64,000 bases of DNA from an archaeon (GCA_021848045.1 JAJZNC010000004.1:8611-72610), one strand, 5' to 3'. Positions 52,205-61,385 are shown, counted from the first letter of the stretch. Notes: generated by a model from the sequence alone, not told the origin. Translations and numbers: made by a program.

Positions 52205-53386
52205 AACAATCTTGAGGACGTCCCTGTCCCTGAGGGTGTAGTCCGCGCCCAGCCTCATCTTGCTCCTCGCGTCGACCGCGTAGAGGAAAGTCGCGGCGAG
52301 GTCGCTGTGGATCTTCCTCGCGAGGTCGAGAGCCGTCGACCCGCCGCTCATCACGTAGGCGTCCGGGAGGACGTCGCCGTCCTTGTTGGTGAGCTTCGTC
52401 TCGTCCTCGACCGGGTAGACCACCACCGCCTTGAGGAGCCCGAAGTAAGCCTGGTCGATGGCCTGCTGCACCCCGGTGCTCCCGTATACGTCCAGCACCC
52501 TCTCCTTCACGAGCTGGAGTGCCCTCTCCTGGGCCTGCGAGATCCCCTCCTTTGTGACCTTGAACGAAGGGTCGCCGGGGGTGTACGACACGACCCCCGC
52601 CTCCGCGGCCTTCCTCAGCAGGAGCTCGGCCTCTGCGGCGCAGGGCACCACCGTCCTCCCTCCCGCCTTGAGGGCGGGGATCTTCGCGGCGGCCGTCGGG
52701 AGGTCCGCCTTGTTCGCGGCGATGAGGCTGGGCTTGTTCCTCTCCCTGAGCTCCCTGACGAGGGCCTCGAGCGACCCGGCCGGCCAGCTCAGGGGCCTGT
52801 CGCCCTTCAGGTGGAGCCTGAGGAGCGCCTCGTCGACCATGGCCTCCGTGATCCCTATCCCCGTGAGCCTCTGGGCGAGCGGCGGGGCGACGCTGGTCTT
52901 GAGCTGCTCCGAGAGCTTCGAGGCCTTCTCCCAGTCGCGCTTGACGATCTCGAGGAGCCACAGGTCGACCTCTCTCTCGACCATCTCGACGTCCTTGGCA
53001 GGGTCCTGGCTCCCGGGCTCCGTCCTCTGGCCCTCCTGGTCGGTGGAGCCCGAGGCGTCCACCACGTGGACCACAGCGTCGGCCTGCATGATGTCCTCCA
53101 GGAACTGGTTGCCCAGCCCGCGCCCGCTAGAGGCGCCGGAGACCAGCCCCGCCACGTCGACCAGCTTCACCGGGATGAGCCTCACCCCCCCGGAGCAGAC
53201 CGAGTTCCGCGGGTCGTCTTCGACGCCCATCTCCTGGTGGACGCACTTCGTCCTGAGGTAGGCCATCCCCACGTTCGGCTTGATGGTGGTGAAGGGGAAG
53301 TCTGCGATGGGGACGCTCTTCAGGGTCGCCGCTGCGAAGAACGTCGACTTGCCGACGTTCGGCTTGCCGAGTATCCCCACGATCAC
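52184..53386 (-). CDS. YchF/OLA1-like GTPase with C-terminal TGS domain
   Basis: G1 GKPNVGKST, FTT, G3 DVAGLV, G4 NKADL, and a TGS-like tail (VVVYPVED..). The 128 RGP-rich codons upstream in the track ORF are rejected. I start at GTG 53386. Confidence 0.85.
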   Translation of the reverse strand: MIVGILGKPNVGKSTFFAAATLKSVPIADFPFTTIKPNVGMAYLRTKCVHQEMGVEDDPRNSVCSGGVRLIPVKLVDVAGLVSGASSGRGLGNQFLEDIMQADAVVHVVDASGSTDQEGQRTEPGSQDPAKDVEMVEREVDLWLLEIVKRDWEKASKLSEQLKTSVAPPLAQRLTGIGITEAMVDEALLRLHLKGDRPLSWPAGSLEALVRELRERNKPSLIAANKADLPTAAAKIPALKAGGRTVVPCAAEAELLLRKAAEAGVVSYTPGDPSFKVTKEGISQAQERALQLVKERVLDVYGSTGVQQAIDQAYFGLLKAVVVYPVEDETKLTNKDGDVLPDAYVMSGGSTALDLARKIHSDLAATFLYAVDARSKMRLGADYTLRDRDVLKIVSSGRRG

Positions 53387-53802
53387 CGAGAGCCATCCTC
53401 CTGATCTGGGAGTCCCCTCCTCACGGCGAGGGTCGCATCGCTCGTCCCGCGGGGGTCGCCCGCCTCCCGCTGGCGCCACAGCGTGGCCGACCCCGAGGCT
53501 CCCATCTCGGAGAGGCTCCCCGGGGAGGGCTGATAAGTCGTCCCCGGGGGATGCGGGAGCCTCGCGAGGAGCCCTGGCCCGCCCCTGGAGGCGCTCACCC
53601 CACCGCCCAGGCCCCGGTCGTCCGGAGGCCCGCCGGAGGCGCCCGGCGCGCACCGGCCTGCGCAGCCGCCCGAGGCGACCCCCGAGCGGGGCCGATTCCG
53701 GGTCGCCTTCGCGTGAGGCTGGTCCACGCCCCGGATCCCCGGTTCCCGGTAGAAAGGCATGGCGAGACAAACCCTTTACGCCGGCCGGCCGCGCCAGCCA
53801 CC

Positions 53803-55107
53803 ATGCCGCGGGTGGCGGTCGTCGGGGGAGGCGCGGCCGGGGTCTTCGCCGCGCTCGCGGCCGCGCGGCTCGGCGCAGACGCGACCCTCTTCGAGTCCTC
53901 GCAGAGGGTCGGTGTCTCTAGGGCCCTGATGCCGCTGATGCTCTCGGATGGTAGGGGCGAGGATGGGCTCGTCCTCCCAGAGGCGAGGGAGCTCTCGGGC
54001 GCGGGGGTGGAGGTGAGGAAGGGCTTCGAGGTGGCCGCGGTGGCACGGAGGGAGGGGCTCCTGGAGGTGGTCCGCCGCTCGAACGGGGGAGAGAGGGCGC
54101 GCTTCGATTCGGTCGTGGTCTCCACCGGGACGGCGCCGTCAGTCCCGCAGGTCAGGGGCGCCTCGAAGCCGGGGGTCTTCGTCCTCAGGGGGCCCTCGGA
54201 CTACCTCGCCCTCTCCGAGGGACTGGGCTCGATCGAGAGGGTGGCTGTCTGGGGGCCGGTCCTCCTCGGGTTGAAGGTGGGCGAGGCGCTCGCCCGCAGG
54301 GGAAGTTCGGTCTCGGTCTATTGCGGGGCGAGCGGGCTCGGCGGACAGCTCTCGGCGCCGGTCGCCGCGATGCTGCGCAGGTCGGCCATCGAGGGAGGGG
54401 CAGGGGCGCCTGCGCTCGTAGACGGGTCGATCGACTCGATCCTCGGCGTCGGGAGGGTCGAGGCGGTCGCCTCTGGCGGGGGGGTCTCCGCGTGCGACGC
54501 GGTCGTCCTTTTGCCGAATGGTGCCCCCTCCTACCCTGATGCCGGGTGCGCGAAGGGGCCGAACGGCGGCCTCCTCGTCGATAGCTCGATGGAGACCAGC
54601 GTCCCGGGGGTCTTCGCGGCGGGCGACTCGGCCGAGGTCAGGTTCAAGGCGGGGTCTGTGCCCGCGAGGCTCTTCTCCACGGCGAGGGTCGGCGGGGAGG
54701 TCGCCGGCGCCAACGCCTCCGGAGGGATGAGGACGGCCTCCTTCTCCTGGGCGATGGAGCAGACGGTCTTGGGGGTGGAGCTCTGCACAGCCGGCCTCAG
54801 CGAGGCGGAGGCCCGCTCCGTGGGGCTCGACCCTGCCACCGTCGAATGCGCGTTCCCGGGCGAGGGCAGCCCAGGCCAGACCCTGGTCTCCATGGTCTAC
54901 GACAGGCCCACCCGGCTGGTCTGCGGACTCGAGCTGGCCGGCTGGCGGGCGTCGTCTCTCGCAGCCGCCGCATCCATGGTGGTGGGCCTAGGCCTGACCG
55001 CAGACCGGCTGGTGCACCTCGAGTCCCCCTACGCGCCGGGGCTCGCGCACGAGCGCTCTCCAATATCCTTAACAGCCCGACAAATCCCGGAGTTACAGGG
55101 CGCGTGA
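53803..55107 (+). CDS. FAD-dependent pyridine-nucleotide-disulfide oxidoreductase family protein (divergent Nox/CoADR-like)
   Basis: The N-terminus is VAVVGGGAAGVFAALAAARLG and VFAAGDSA is present. The second dinucleotide motif is degenerate (VAVWGPVLLGLKVGEAL). The track ORF is trimmed to ATG 53803. Confidence 0.7.
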   Translation: MPRVAVVGGGAAGVFAALAAARLGADATLFESSQRVGVSRALMPLMLSDGRGEDGLVLPEARELSGAGVEVRKGFEVAAVARREGLLEVVRRSNGGERARFDSVVVSTGTAPSVPQVRGASKPGVFVLRGPSDYLALSEGLGSIERVAVWGPVLLGLKVGEALARRGSSVSVYCGASGLGGQLSAPVAAMLRRSAIEGGAGAPALVDGSIDSILGVGRVEAVASGGGVSACDAVVLLPNGAPSYPDAGCAKGPNGGLLVDSSMETSVPGVFAAGDSAEVRFKAGSVPARLFSTARVGGEVAGANASGGMRTASFSWAMEQTVLGVELCTAGLSEAEARSVGLDPATVECAFPGEGSPGQTLVSMVYDRPTRLVCGLELAGWRASSLAAAASMVVGLGLTADRLVHLESPYAPGLAHERSPISLTARQIPELQGA

Positions 55108-55108
55108 C

Positions 55109-56035
55109 ATGGCAAAACGCAGGGTGCTCGTGTGCGACCCGATGGACGTGGCGGGGCTCGGGCTCACCGACGCGTTCGAGGTCGATTATGCGCCCAAGAT
55201 AACCAGGGACGAGCTCCTCGCGAGGGTGGAGGCCTACGACGCGCTCGTCGTCAGGAGCAGGACGAAGGTGGACGCGGAGGTCATCGCCAGGGGGGCCAGG
55301 CTCAAGGTGGTCGCCAGGTCGGGCAGCGGGCTGGACAACGTGGACGTCGGGGCTGCCAACGCGAGGGGGGTGGAGGTGGTCAGCAGCCCTGAGGCGCTGG
55401 TGGAGGCGGTCGCGGAGCTCGTGATCGGCCTGATGCTGACCCTGGCCAGGGGTATCCCGGCGGCCGACGCCACCCTGAAGGCGGGAGGGTGGGACAAGGA
55501 GCGCTTCGTAGGGGTCGAGCTGAAGGGCAAGACTTTGGGCATCGCGGGCTTCGGCCGGATAGGGCGCAGGGTGGCCGAGATAGCCCGCGTGATAGGGATG
55601 ACCGTCGTGACCTACGACGTCGTCGACGTCCCTCAGGAGACCCTCGCCGCGCTGGGGTGCAGGATGGTCGACCTGGACACGCTCTTCGCGTCGTCCGACT
55701 TCATAACGCTCCACATCCCGCTCACCGCGGAGACGAGGCGGATGGTGGACGCGCGCAGGCTCTCCCTGATGAGGCGGACGGCCTTCGTCATCAACACCTC
55801 GCGGGGGGAGGTGGTGGACGAGACGGCCCTCGAGCAGGCGCTCAGGGACGGGACCATCGGGGGCGCCGCGCTGGACGTCTTCGAGACCGAGCCGCCAAGG
55901 TCGAAGATAGCGGCCGCGCCCAACATGATAGCCTCCCCTCACATGGCCGGCCAGACCAAGGACGCGCAGGCGAGCTCGGTCGCCATCGTCGGCGCCAAGC
56001 TCAACCAGTTCTTTTCCGGGCGCCTCCAGCAATAG
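55109..56035 (+). CDS. serA: D-3-phosphoglycerate dehydrogenase / D-2-hydroxyacid dehydrogenase
   Basis: GIAGFGRIGRRVA, INTSRGEVVDE, LDVFETEP, SPHMAGQT. Confidence 0.82.
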   Translation: MAKRRVLVCDPMDVAGLGLTDAFEVDYAPKITRDELLARVEAYDALVVRSRTKVDAEVIARGARLKVVARSGSGLDNVDVGAANARGVEVVSSPEALVEAVAELVIGLMLTLARGIPAADATLKAGGWDKERFVGVELKGKTLGIAGFGRIGRRVAEIARVIGMTVVTYDVVDVPQETLAALGCRMVDLDTLFASSDFITLHIPLTAETRRMVDARRLSLMRRTAFVINTSRGEVVDETALEQALRDGTIGGAALDVFETEPPRSKIAAAPNMIASPHMAGQTKDAQASSVAIVGAKLNQFFSGRLQQ

Positions 56036-56077
56036 AAAAGACTTAACTCACCGTCCCGAAGCGGGGCAACGTTCGCT

Positions 56078-56533
56078 TTGTACAGACAGGTGGGGGAGAC
56101 TTGGCGCAAGGTCTTCAAGGAGAAGACCGGTGACATACGCCAGCGGGCGGTCCAGCTCAGGAAGGGGCCGACCATGGAGCGGGTCGAGAGGCCCTCGCGG
56201 CTGGACAAGGCCAGGATGTACGGCTACAAGGCGAAGGAGGGCGTGGTCGTGATAAGGATCCGCGTCGCCGCCGGCGGCATGAGGCGGCCGAGGCCGACCT
56301 CCGGGAGGAGGCCCAAGCACATGGGCGTCCTGAGGATGAAGTCCGACGAGCCCGTCAAGAAGGTCGCCGAGCGGCGGGTCAGGGAGAGGCACACCAACCT
56401 GAAGATGCTCGGGTCCTACGAGCTCTGGGTGGACGGCAAGCACAGGTGGTACGAGTGCATCATGGTCGACCCTTCGCACCCCGCGATAATGAAGGACTAC
56501 GACTATAGGCGCAGGCTCGGCCTGGTCTCCTGA
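56078..56533 (+). CDS. rpl15e: 50S ribosomal protein L15e (eL15)
   Basis: ERPSRLDKARMYGYKAKEGVVVIRIRV..GGMRRPRP. Shorter than typical eL15. Confidence 0.85.
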   Translation: MYRQVGETWRKVFKEKTGDIRQRAVQLRKGPTMERVERPSRLDKARMYGYKAKEGVVVIRIRVAAGGMRRPRPTSGRRPKHMGVLRMKSDEPVKKVAERRVRERHTNLKMLGSYELWVDGKHRWYECIMVDPSHPAIMKDYDYRRRLGLVS

Positions 56534-56535
56534 TG

Positions 56536-57804
56536 TCAGAACCCCGCGGCGAGCGGGTCCTCGGGCTTTAGCACCTCCCTCAGGAGGACGGTCGCGTACT
56601 CGCCCTTCCCCAGCGAGAACTCGAGCACGAACCCCCCGCCCACGGCCTCGTACGACAGGTCTTTCGACAGGAGGGGCGCCGCCCTGAAGCCGCCCTCGCT
56701 GCTCACCTCCTCGGCCTCCTTCACGTAGAACGAGGAGGGGGGCGTCCCCTCCTCCTTGATCACCTCTGCCAGGAAGGCGTCGAGCCGCGAGCCGTAGTTC
56801 CTGTACGCATAGCCGACGATCTGGAGCAGCGGGACCGCCTCCGCCCCGGGGGGAGCCGCCTCCTTCACCCCGTGCACCCTGCCGGTCGAGAGGCCGCCCT
56901 CCTTCACGGCCGACCAGTTGTCCCCGGTGACCACGCGTGATATGTCCAGGCCAGAGGCCAGGGCCCTGCCCAGGGCCAGGTTGAACACGTACGCCTGGTA
57001 CGAGTTGACCAGGAGGCGCCTGATGGGGACGGGTATCCTCCTTATGGCCCCGAGGTGGTCCCCGGGCTTGGCTGAAAGGTGCGAGGCCATCCTCCTCTCG
57101 ATGTCCTGCCCCCTCGAGAGGAGGGGGATGGCCTGCGCATACCTCCCCTCTGCGCAGAGCCTCCTCGCCTCGCCTGCGTCTTGGTCGTCACCCTCCCTTG
57201 GCTCGGAGAGCAGCAGGGCGACCGCCTGGGCGAAGTCCCTCAGGACGATGGCGCGGCCGGCCCTCCTGTTCACGCCGCCCTTGAGCCCGAACCTCTGGTA
57301 GCCGAAGAAGTTCGCGACACGCCTCCCCCGGCACGCCTCGAAGCAGCCCTCGATCTCGGCGCTCAGGTCCTCCTCCGTCTCGACGAGTATCCGGAACCGG
57401 TTGCCCACCAGCATCCCCCGGGTGAGGGGCTTCGAGAACCCGACCAGCTCTCCCTCGAACCTGCTCCCGTGGAGCTCGGGAGGGGCCGACGCCCTGCTGC
57501 TCCTCGCGCTGATGTACTGGACGACCGTCGCGTTCTTGTCCTTCAGGCCGGCGTAGTTGGTCTCGCTCTTTATCATGGCGGCCATCTCCCTCGCGACGTG
57601 GGGGGTGTCGATCCCCGCCTTCGTGACCCTGTAGACGGGGACAAGGCCCGGGCCCCTGGTCTGCACGAGGCCCTCGAGCGATATCAGCTCCTGGACCCTG
57701 AAGCCGTCGTAGCTCGTGCGCAGGCGCCCCGCCCGGCGCGGCCCTCCGGTGGAGTATGCCGTGAGGCCCGACTCGACGTCCTTCGGGGGCGGCCGCGCGC
57801 TCAA
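56536..57804 (-). CDS. truD: tRNA pseudouridine synthase D (TruD/Pus7)
   Basis: YDGFRVQEL, YAGLKDKNA (catalytic Asp), NFFGYQRFG, NSYQAYVFN. Only the last 422 codons of the 979-aa track ORF are real. The TTG at 57804 overlaps the pth2 stop (TTGA). Confidence 0.88.
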   Translation of the reverse strand: MSARPPPKDVESGLTAYSTGGPRRAGRLRTSYDGFRVQELISLEGLVQTRGPGLVPVYRVTKAGIDTPHVAREMAAMIKSETNYAGLKDKNATVVQYISARSSRASAPPELHGSRFEGELVGFSKPLTRGMLVGNRFRILVETEEDLSAEIEGCFEACRGRRVANFFGYQRFGLKGGVNRRAGRAIVLRDFAQAVALLLSEPREGDDQDAGEARRLCAEGRYAQAIPLLSRGQDIERRMASHLSAKPGDHLGAIRRIPVPIRRLLVNSYQAYVFNLALGRALASGLDISRVVTGDNWSAVKEGGLSTGRVHGVKEAAPPGAEAVPLLQIVGYAYRNYGSRLDAFLAEVIKEEGTPPSSFYVKEAEEVSSEGGFRAAPLLSKDLSYEAVGGGFVLEFSLGKGEYATVLLREVLKPEDPLAAGF

Positions 57805-58148
57805 AGGAGCTTCAGCTTGCCGGTCACCTTGTCGACCTCGCCCGAAGGCGCAGGCCCCACCCCCAGGCAGGTGGTCGTCCCGGGCTCGAGCTGGGTCAGG
57901 CCCCTGTCCTGGATGAGCGAGACGGGGAGCCCCAAGGCCCTGGCCTGCCTCTGGAGGTCGAGCAGCTCCTCCTCGCCCTCCACCTTCACGACGACCTTCG
58001 CCTGACCCTGCTCCCTCCAGGCGTCGTACCACCCCGGGTTCCTCCTCCGGGCACCCTCGGCGGCGTCGAGCGCGGCGTGCGCGACCTGGGCTGCCGTCTT
58101 GCCCTTGCCCATCTTGAGGTCCGACCTGACCACGATAACCTGTTTCAC
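57801..58148 (-). CDS. pth2: Peptidyl-tRNA hydrolase, archaeal Pth2 type
   Basis: (M)KQVIVVRSDLKMGKGKTAAQVAHAA..LIQDRGLTQLEPGTTTCLGVGP. Trimmed to GTG 58148 (115 aa). Confidence 0.88.
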   Translation of the reverse strand: MKQVIVVRSDLKMGKGKTAAQVAHAALDAAEGARRRNPGWYDAWREQGQAKVVVKVEGEEELLDLQRQARALGLPVSLIQDRGLTQLEPGTTTCLGVGPAPSGEVDKVTGKLKLL

Positions 58149-58230
58149 TTCGGCCAGACGGGAGCGCCTCCTGAATCGAAGGGTTATTACGCGCCGGGTT
58201 AAGGCTTGCCCCGACGCCGGACTCCGTCCC

Positions 58231-59427
58231 ATGCTCGACTCCCCCGAACGCGCCTCCTCGCTGGCCTACGACGCGATCGTAGGCGGGGGGAGCGTCGCCG
58301 GCCTCTCCTTCGCCGCGGAGGCCTCGAGGAAGGGCCTGAGGGTGCTCGTCCTCGAGGAGGACAAGGAGGTGGGCGAGCCTGAGAAGTGCGACGGCCTGGT
58401 CAGCCTGAGGGAGCTCCGGAGGTACGCCATCCCCGAGGACGAGTGCATCCAGAGCCGGGTGACGAAGGGCGTCGTGTTCTCCCCGCTGGGGAGGAGCGCT
58501 GCCCTGGACGCGTCCCGCCTTGAGGTCGTCGTCATCGACCGTAGCGCCTTCGACGAGCAGCTCGCCAGGGCAGCAGAGGCGTCGGGCGCGGAGGTCGTGC
58601 TCGGGGCGAGGGTGACCGGCGTCGACGACGCGGATGGCGGCGTGAAGGTAAGGGCCGGCGGCCAGACCTACTCTGCCGGGTACTACGTCGACGCGACCGG
58701 GCCGACCGGCGTCATGAGGTTCAACAGGAGGGGGCTCGTCCCGACGGCCAAGTACGAGGTCGAGGGGGACTGGTTCACGGACGGGGTCGTGGAGGTCTAT
58801 ACCGACCAGGAGAAGTACCCTGGCTTCTTCGCCTGGGTCATCCCTCGGGGGGATGGGATCGCGAAGGTGGGGGCTGCCGGGTTCGGGATAAACGCCGTCC
58901 GGGCTCTGGAGGGCTTCCTGGCGACCCGCAGGTCGAAGATCGTGAGCAAGGTGGCCTGCACCATCTACGTGGGCGGCCCGATAGAGTCGTTCGTCTCGGG
59001 GCGGACTGTCTACGTCGGGGAGTCGGCCGGGCAGGTCAAGCCGACCACCGCGGGGGGGATCCCGAGCTCCATCGCGGGCGGGACGATCGCCGCCAGGTGG
59101 GTCTCCGAGTCCCTCCTCCGGAAGGACCCGTCGCTCCTCGCGCGCTACCAGGAGGAGTGGTCGGCGACCTACGGGAAGGAGTACCGGCTCATGACGCGAC
59201 TGAGGCACATACACGAGAGCCTCTCGAACAAGGACCTCGAGAAGCTCGTCGCGACCCTGCAGCGCCCCAAGGTAGCCGCGAAGCTCGCCGCCGGCTCCTT
59301 CGACTTCCACGCCAGTGCGGCCCTCTCTGCCCTCGGAGTCAGGGGCGTCCTCCAGCTCGCGGGGGTGCTGGTCTCCTCGGAGGCGCGGCAGACGCTGGCC
59401 TCCCTGGCGAAGCAGAGAGAGGCCTGA
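58231..59427 (+). CDS. Geranylgeranyl reductase-family FAD-dependent oxidoreductase
   Basis: YDAIVGGGSVAGLSFA, CDGLVS, GESAGQVKPTTAGGI. Confidence 0.8.
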   Translation: MLDSPERASSLAYDAIVGGGSVAGLSFAAEASRKGLRVLVLEEDKEVGEPEKCDGLVSLRELRRYAIPEDECIQSRVTKGVVFSPLGRSAALDASRLEVVVIDRSAFDEQLARAAEASGAEVVLGARVTGVDDADGGVKVRAGGQTYSAGYYVDATGPTGVMRFNRRGLVPTAKYEVEGDWFTDGVVEVYTDQEKYPGFFAWVIPRGDGIAKVGAAGFGINAVRALEGFLATRRSKIVSKVACTIYVGGPIESFVSGRTVYVGESAGQVKPTTAGGIPSSIAGGTIAARWVSESLLRKDPSLLARYQEEWSATYGKEYRLMTRLRHIHESLSNKDLEKLVATLQRPKVAAKLAAGSFDFHASAALSALGVRGVLQLAGVLVSSEARQTLASLAKQREA

Positions 59428-59449
59428 GCTCGCGTCGCGCTTCGGAAGG

Positions 59450-59457
59450 TATAATTC
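59450..59457 (+). promoter_or_regulatory. TATA box TATAATTC for the Zn-ribbon / EF-1beta unit
   Basis: Centred 30 nt upstream of TTG 59483. Confidence 0.5.
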
Positions 59458-59482
59458 ATGCCCTCGGCGGGGCATCCTCTGA

Positions 59483-59665
59483 TTGCCTCAAAGGTCCGTC
59501 TCCCTCCCGGTCTGCACGTCCTGCAACCGGCCGGTCATGCCCGGCGAGAAGGCGTCGAAGTTCCACTGCCCCAGCTGCCAGCAGGTGGCGGTCTGGCGGT
59601 GCGAAAAGTGCCGCAAGTTCTCGAGGAGGTACAAGTGCGTGAACTGCGGCTTCGAGGGACCCTGA
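59483..59665 (+). CDS. Zn-ribbon protein commonly paired with aEF-1beta (COG2888-like)
   Basis: Four CxxC pairs ending YKCVNCGFEGP. It is immediately upstream of EF-1beta. Confidence 0.75.
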   Translation: MPQRSVSLPVCTSCNRPVMPGEKASKFHCPSCQQVAVWRCEKCRKFSRRYKCVNCGFEGP

Positions 59666-59666
59666 G

Positions 59667-59954
59667 ATGGCCGGGTCCTACCTGATCAGGGTGAAGGCGA
59701 TGCCCTCCGGCCCGGAGGTGCCCGCCGACCAGCTCCTCTCAGCGATAAAGGGGGTCCTGGAGAAGGACATGGTGCTGAAGAGCAGCAAGGAGGACCCGAT
59801 AGCGTTCGGGCTCTACGCGCTCATAGTCGACATCGTGACTCCGGAGGCCGAGGGGATGCCCGACAGGGTGGAGGCGGCTGTGGCCAAGGCGCCCATGGTC
59901 ACCCAGTCGGAGGTCGTGGGCGTGAGCAGGATGTCGAGCCAGCTCAGGATCTGA
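59667..59954 (+). CDS. ef1b: Translation elongation factor aEF-1beta
   Basis: 95 aa. ..KEDPIAFGLYALIVDIV..VVGVSRM is typical of aEF-1beta. Confidence 0.85.
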   Translation: MAGSYLIRVKAMPSGPEVPADQLLSAIKGVLEKDMVLKSSKEDPIAFGLYALIVDIVTPEAEGMPDRVEAAVAKAPMVTQSEVVGVSRMSSQLRI

Positions 59955-59969
59955 GGCCGACTTCGAAGC

Positions 59970-59977
59970 TTTTATAA
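59970..59977 (+). promoter_or_regulatory. TATA box TTTTATAA
   Basis: Strong consensus element, but 65-70 nt upstream of the first start-like codon (TTG 60042) of the next ORF. Confidence 0.45.
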
Positions 59978-60041
59978 CCGGGCGCCCGAAGTTCCTCCCC
60001 TCTGCAGGGATCTAGAAGCATAGAGGACAGTAGAGAGTTAG

Positions 60042-60281
60042 TTGAGGCCACCAATCAGATACGCATTGTACGAGCTCATCAAGGAGAAGAAGCACGCCAC
60101 CGACGACGAGCTCCTCTCGGCGCTGGGCAAGTCCGGGGGCTACTCGATGAACGAGCTCAACAAGGCCCTCCTCGACCTCGAGATACAGGGCGTCATCACG
60201 GTCAGGTGGGCTGCCAAGGAGAAGCGGAGGGTGGAGTTCATGGAGACCGCTCCCTCCCCGGTGCGATACGGGGAGAGGTGA
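60042..60281 (+). CDS. Hypothetical small winged-helix-like protein
   Basis: 79 aa. YALYELIKEKKHATDDELLSALGKSGGYSMNELNKALLDLEIQGVITV looks like a wHTH. There is no family assignment. The start may be TTG 60042 or the internal TTG at YELIK. Confidence 0.45.
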   Translation: MRPPIRYALYELIKEKKHATDDELLSALGKSGGYSMNELNKALLDLEIQGVITVRWAAKEKRRVEFMETAPSPVRYGER

Positions 60282-60356
60282 GGCCGTTCCTCGAAGGGGC
60301 GCCGCCTCGCGCCTCGCGCCGCCCCGGCGCTGACCGGGGGGCGTGACGCCCGACCT

Positions 60357-61382
60357 TTGGGAGTAGACCTCGGCGACGTCCTTCCCAGGCGGAAGGTCAC
60401 CCTCGAGTCGCTCGGCAGCAAGAAGATAGCCATCGACGCCTACAACACCCTCTATCAGTTCCTGGCGATAATCAGGGGGGCCGACGGCAGCCACCTGAAG
60501 GACTCCCAGGGCAGGGTCACGAGCCACCTGAGCGGGCTCTTCTACAGGAACATCAACCTGATGGAGTTCGGGATAAAACTGGTCTTCGTCTTCGACGGGG
60601 CGCCTCCGGAGCTCAAGGCGGTGGAGATAGAGAGGCGGAGGAAGCAGCGCGACGAGGCCAAGCGCCAGTACGCGGCCGCCGTCGAGGCCGGCGACATGGC
60701 GAGCGCGAGGAAGTACGCGGAGGCCTCCACCACCCTCAGGCGCGACATGGTGGCCGAGTCCAAGCAGCTGCTCGACGCCATGGGCATCCCGTGGGTCGAC
60801 GCGCCCTCCGAGGGGGAGGCGCAGGCAGCGGTGATGGCCAAGGAAGGGACGGTCGACGCGGTCGGGTCGCAGGACCACGACTCGCTCCTCTTCGGCGCGC
60901 CGCTCCTGGTGAGGAACATCACCATATCGGGGAGGAGGCGGCTCCCCAGCAAGAACGTCTTCGTGGAGGTGGAGCCTGAGACGATCAGCCTCGAGGAGAC
61001 CCTGAGGGCGCTCGAGATGACCCGGGAGCAGCTCATAGACTTCGGGATCCTGATGGGGACGGACTTCGACCCCGACGGGTTCAAGGGGATCGGCCCGGTG
61101 AAGGGGATGAAGCTGCTCAAGACCTACCACTCCATCGACCGGATCGAGCCCTTGAGGGACGAGGTCGCGAAGATAGACTACGAGGCGATTCGGCGGATCT
61201 TCCTCGACCCGCCGGCGACCGCCGGCGTGAAGCCCTCCTGGGGCGAGTTCAAGCCGGCCGAGCTCAAGGCGTTCCTTGTGGACGAGCACTCGTTCTCTGC
61301 CGAAAGGGTGGACGCGGCGATAAAGCGCGTCGAGGCGCTCGAGAGCTCAAAGTCCGAGAGCCTGGAGAAGTGGTTCGGGTAG
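60357..61382 (+). CDS. fen1: Flap endonuclease 1
   Basis: MGVDLGDVL.., IAIDAYNTLYQFL, FVFDG, SEGEAQAA, QDHDSLLFG, GTDF, plus a C-terminal PIP-like tail. Confidence 0.93.
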   Translation: MGVDLGDVLPRRKVTLESLGSKKIAIDAYNTLYQFLAIIRGADGSHLKDSQGRVTSHLSGLFYRNINLMEFGIKLVFVFDGAPPELKAVEIERRRKQRDEAKRQYAAAVEAGDMASARKYAEASTTLRRDMVAESKQLLDAMGIPWVDAPSEGEAQAAVMAKEGTVDAVGSQDHDSLLFGAPLLVRNITISGRRRLPSKNVFVEVEPETISLEETLRALEMTREQLIDFGILMGTDFDPDGFKGIGPVKGMKLLKTYHSIDRIEPLRDEVAKIDYEAIRRIFLDPPATAGVKPSWGEFKPAELKAFLVDEHSFSAERVDAAIKRVEALESSKSESLEKWFG

Positions 61383-61385
61383 CCC

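Noticed and set aside
53387-53770. N-terminal extension of the GTPase (track ORF 52184..53770) or of the oxidoreductase (track ORF from 53551)
   Set aside because: The extensions are RGP-rich with mixed third-position composition. The conserved N-termini (MIVGILGKPNVGKST and MPRVAVVGGGAAG) begin at 53386 and 53803.
56536-59475. 979-aa minus-strand ORF suggesting a giant protein
   Set aside because: Only the last 422 codons (TruD) are meaningful. The upstream part runs antisense through pth2 and the GGR-family gene and is low complexity. A TTG at 57804 overlapping the pth2 stop gives a normal-length TruD.
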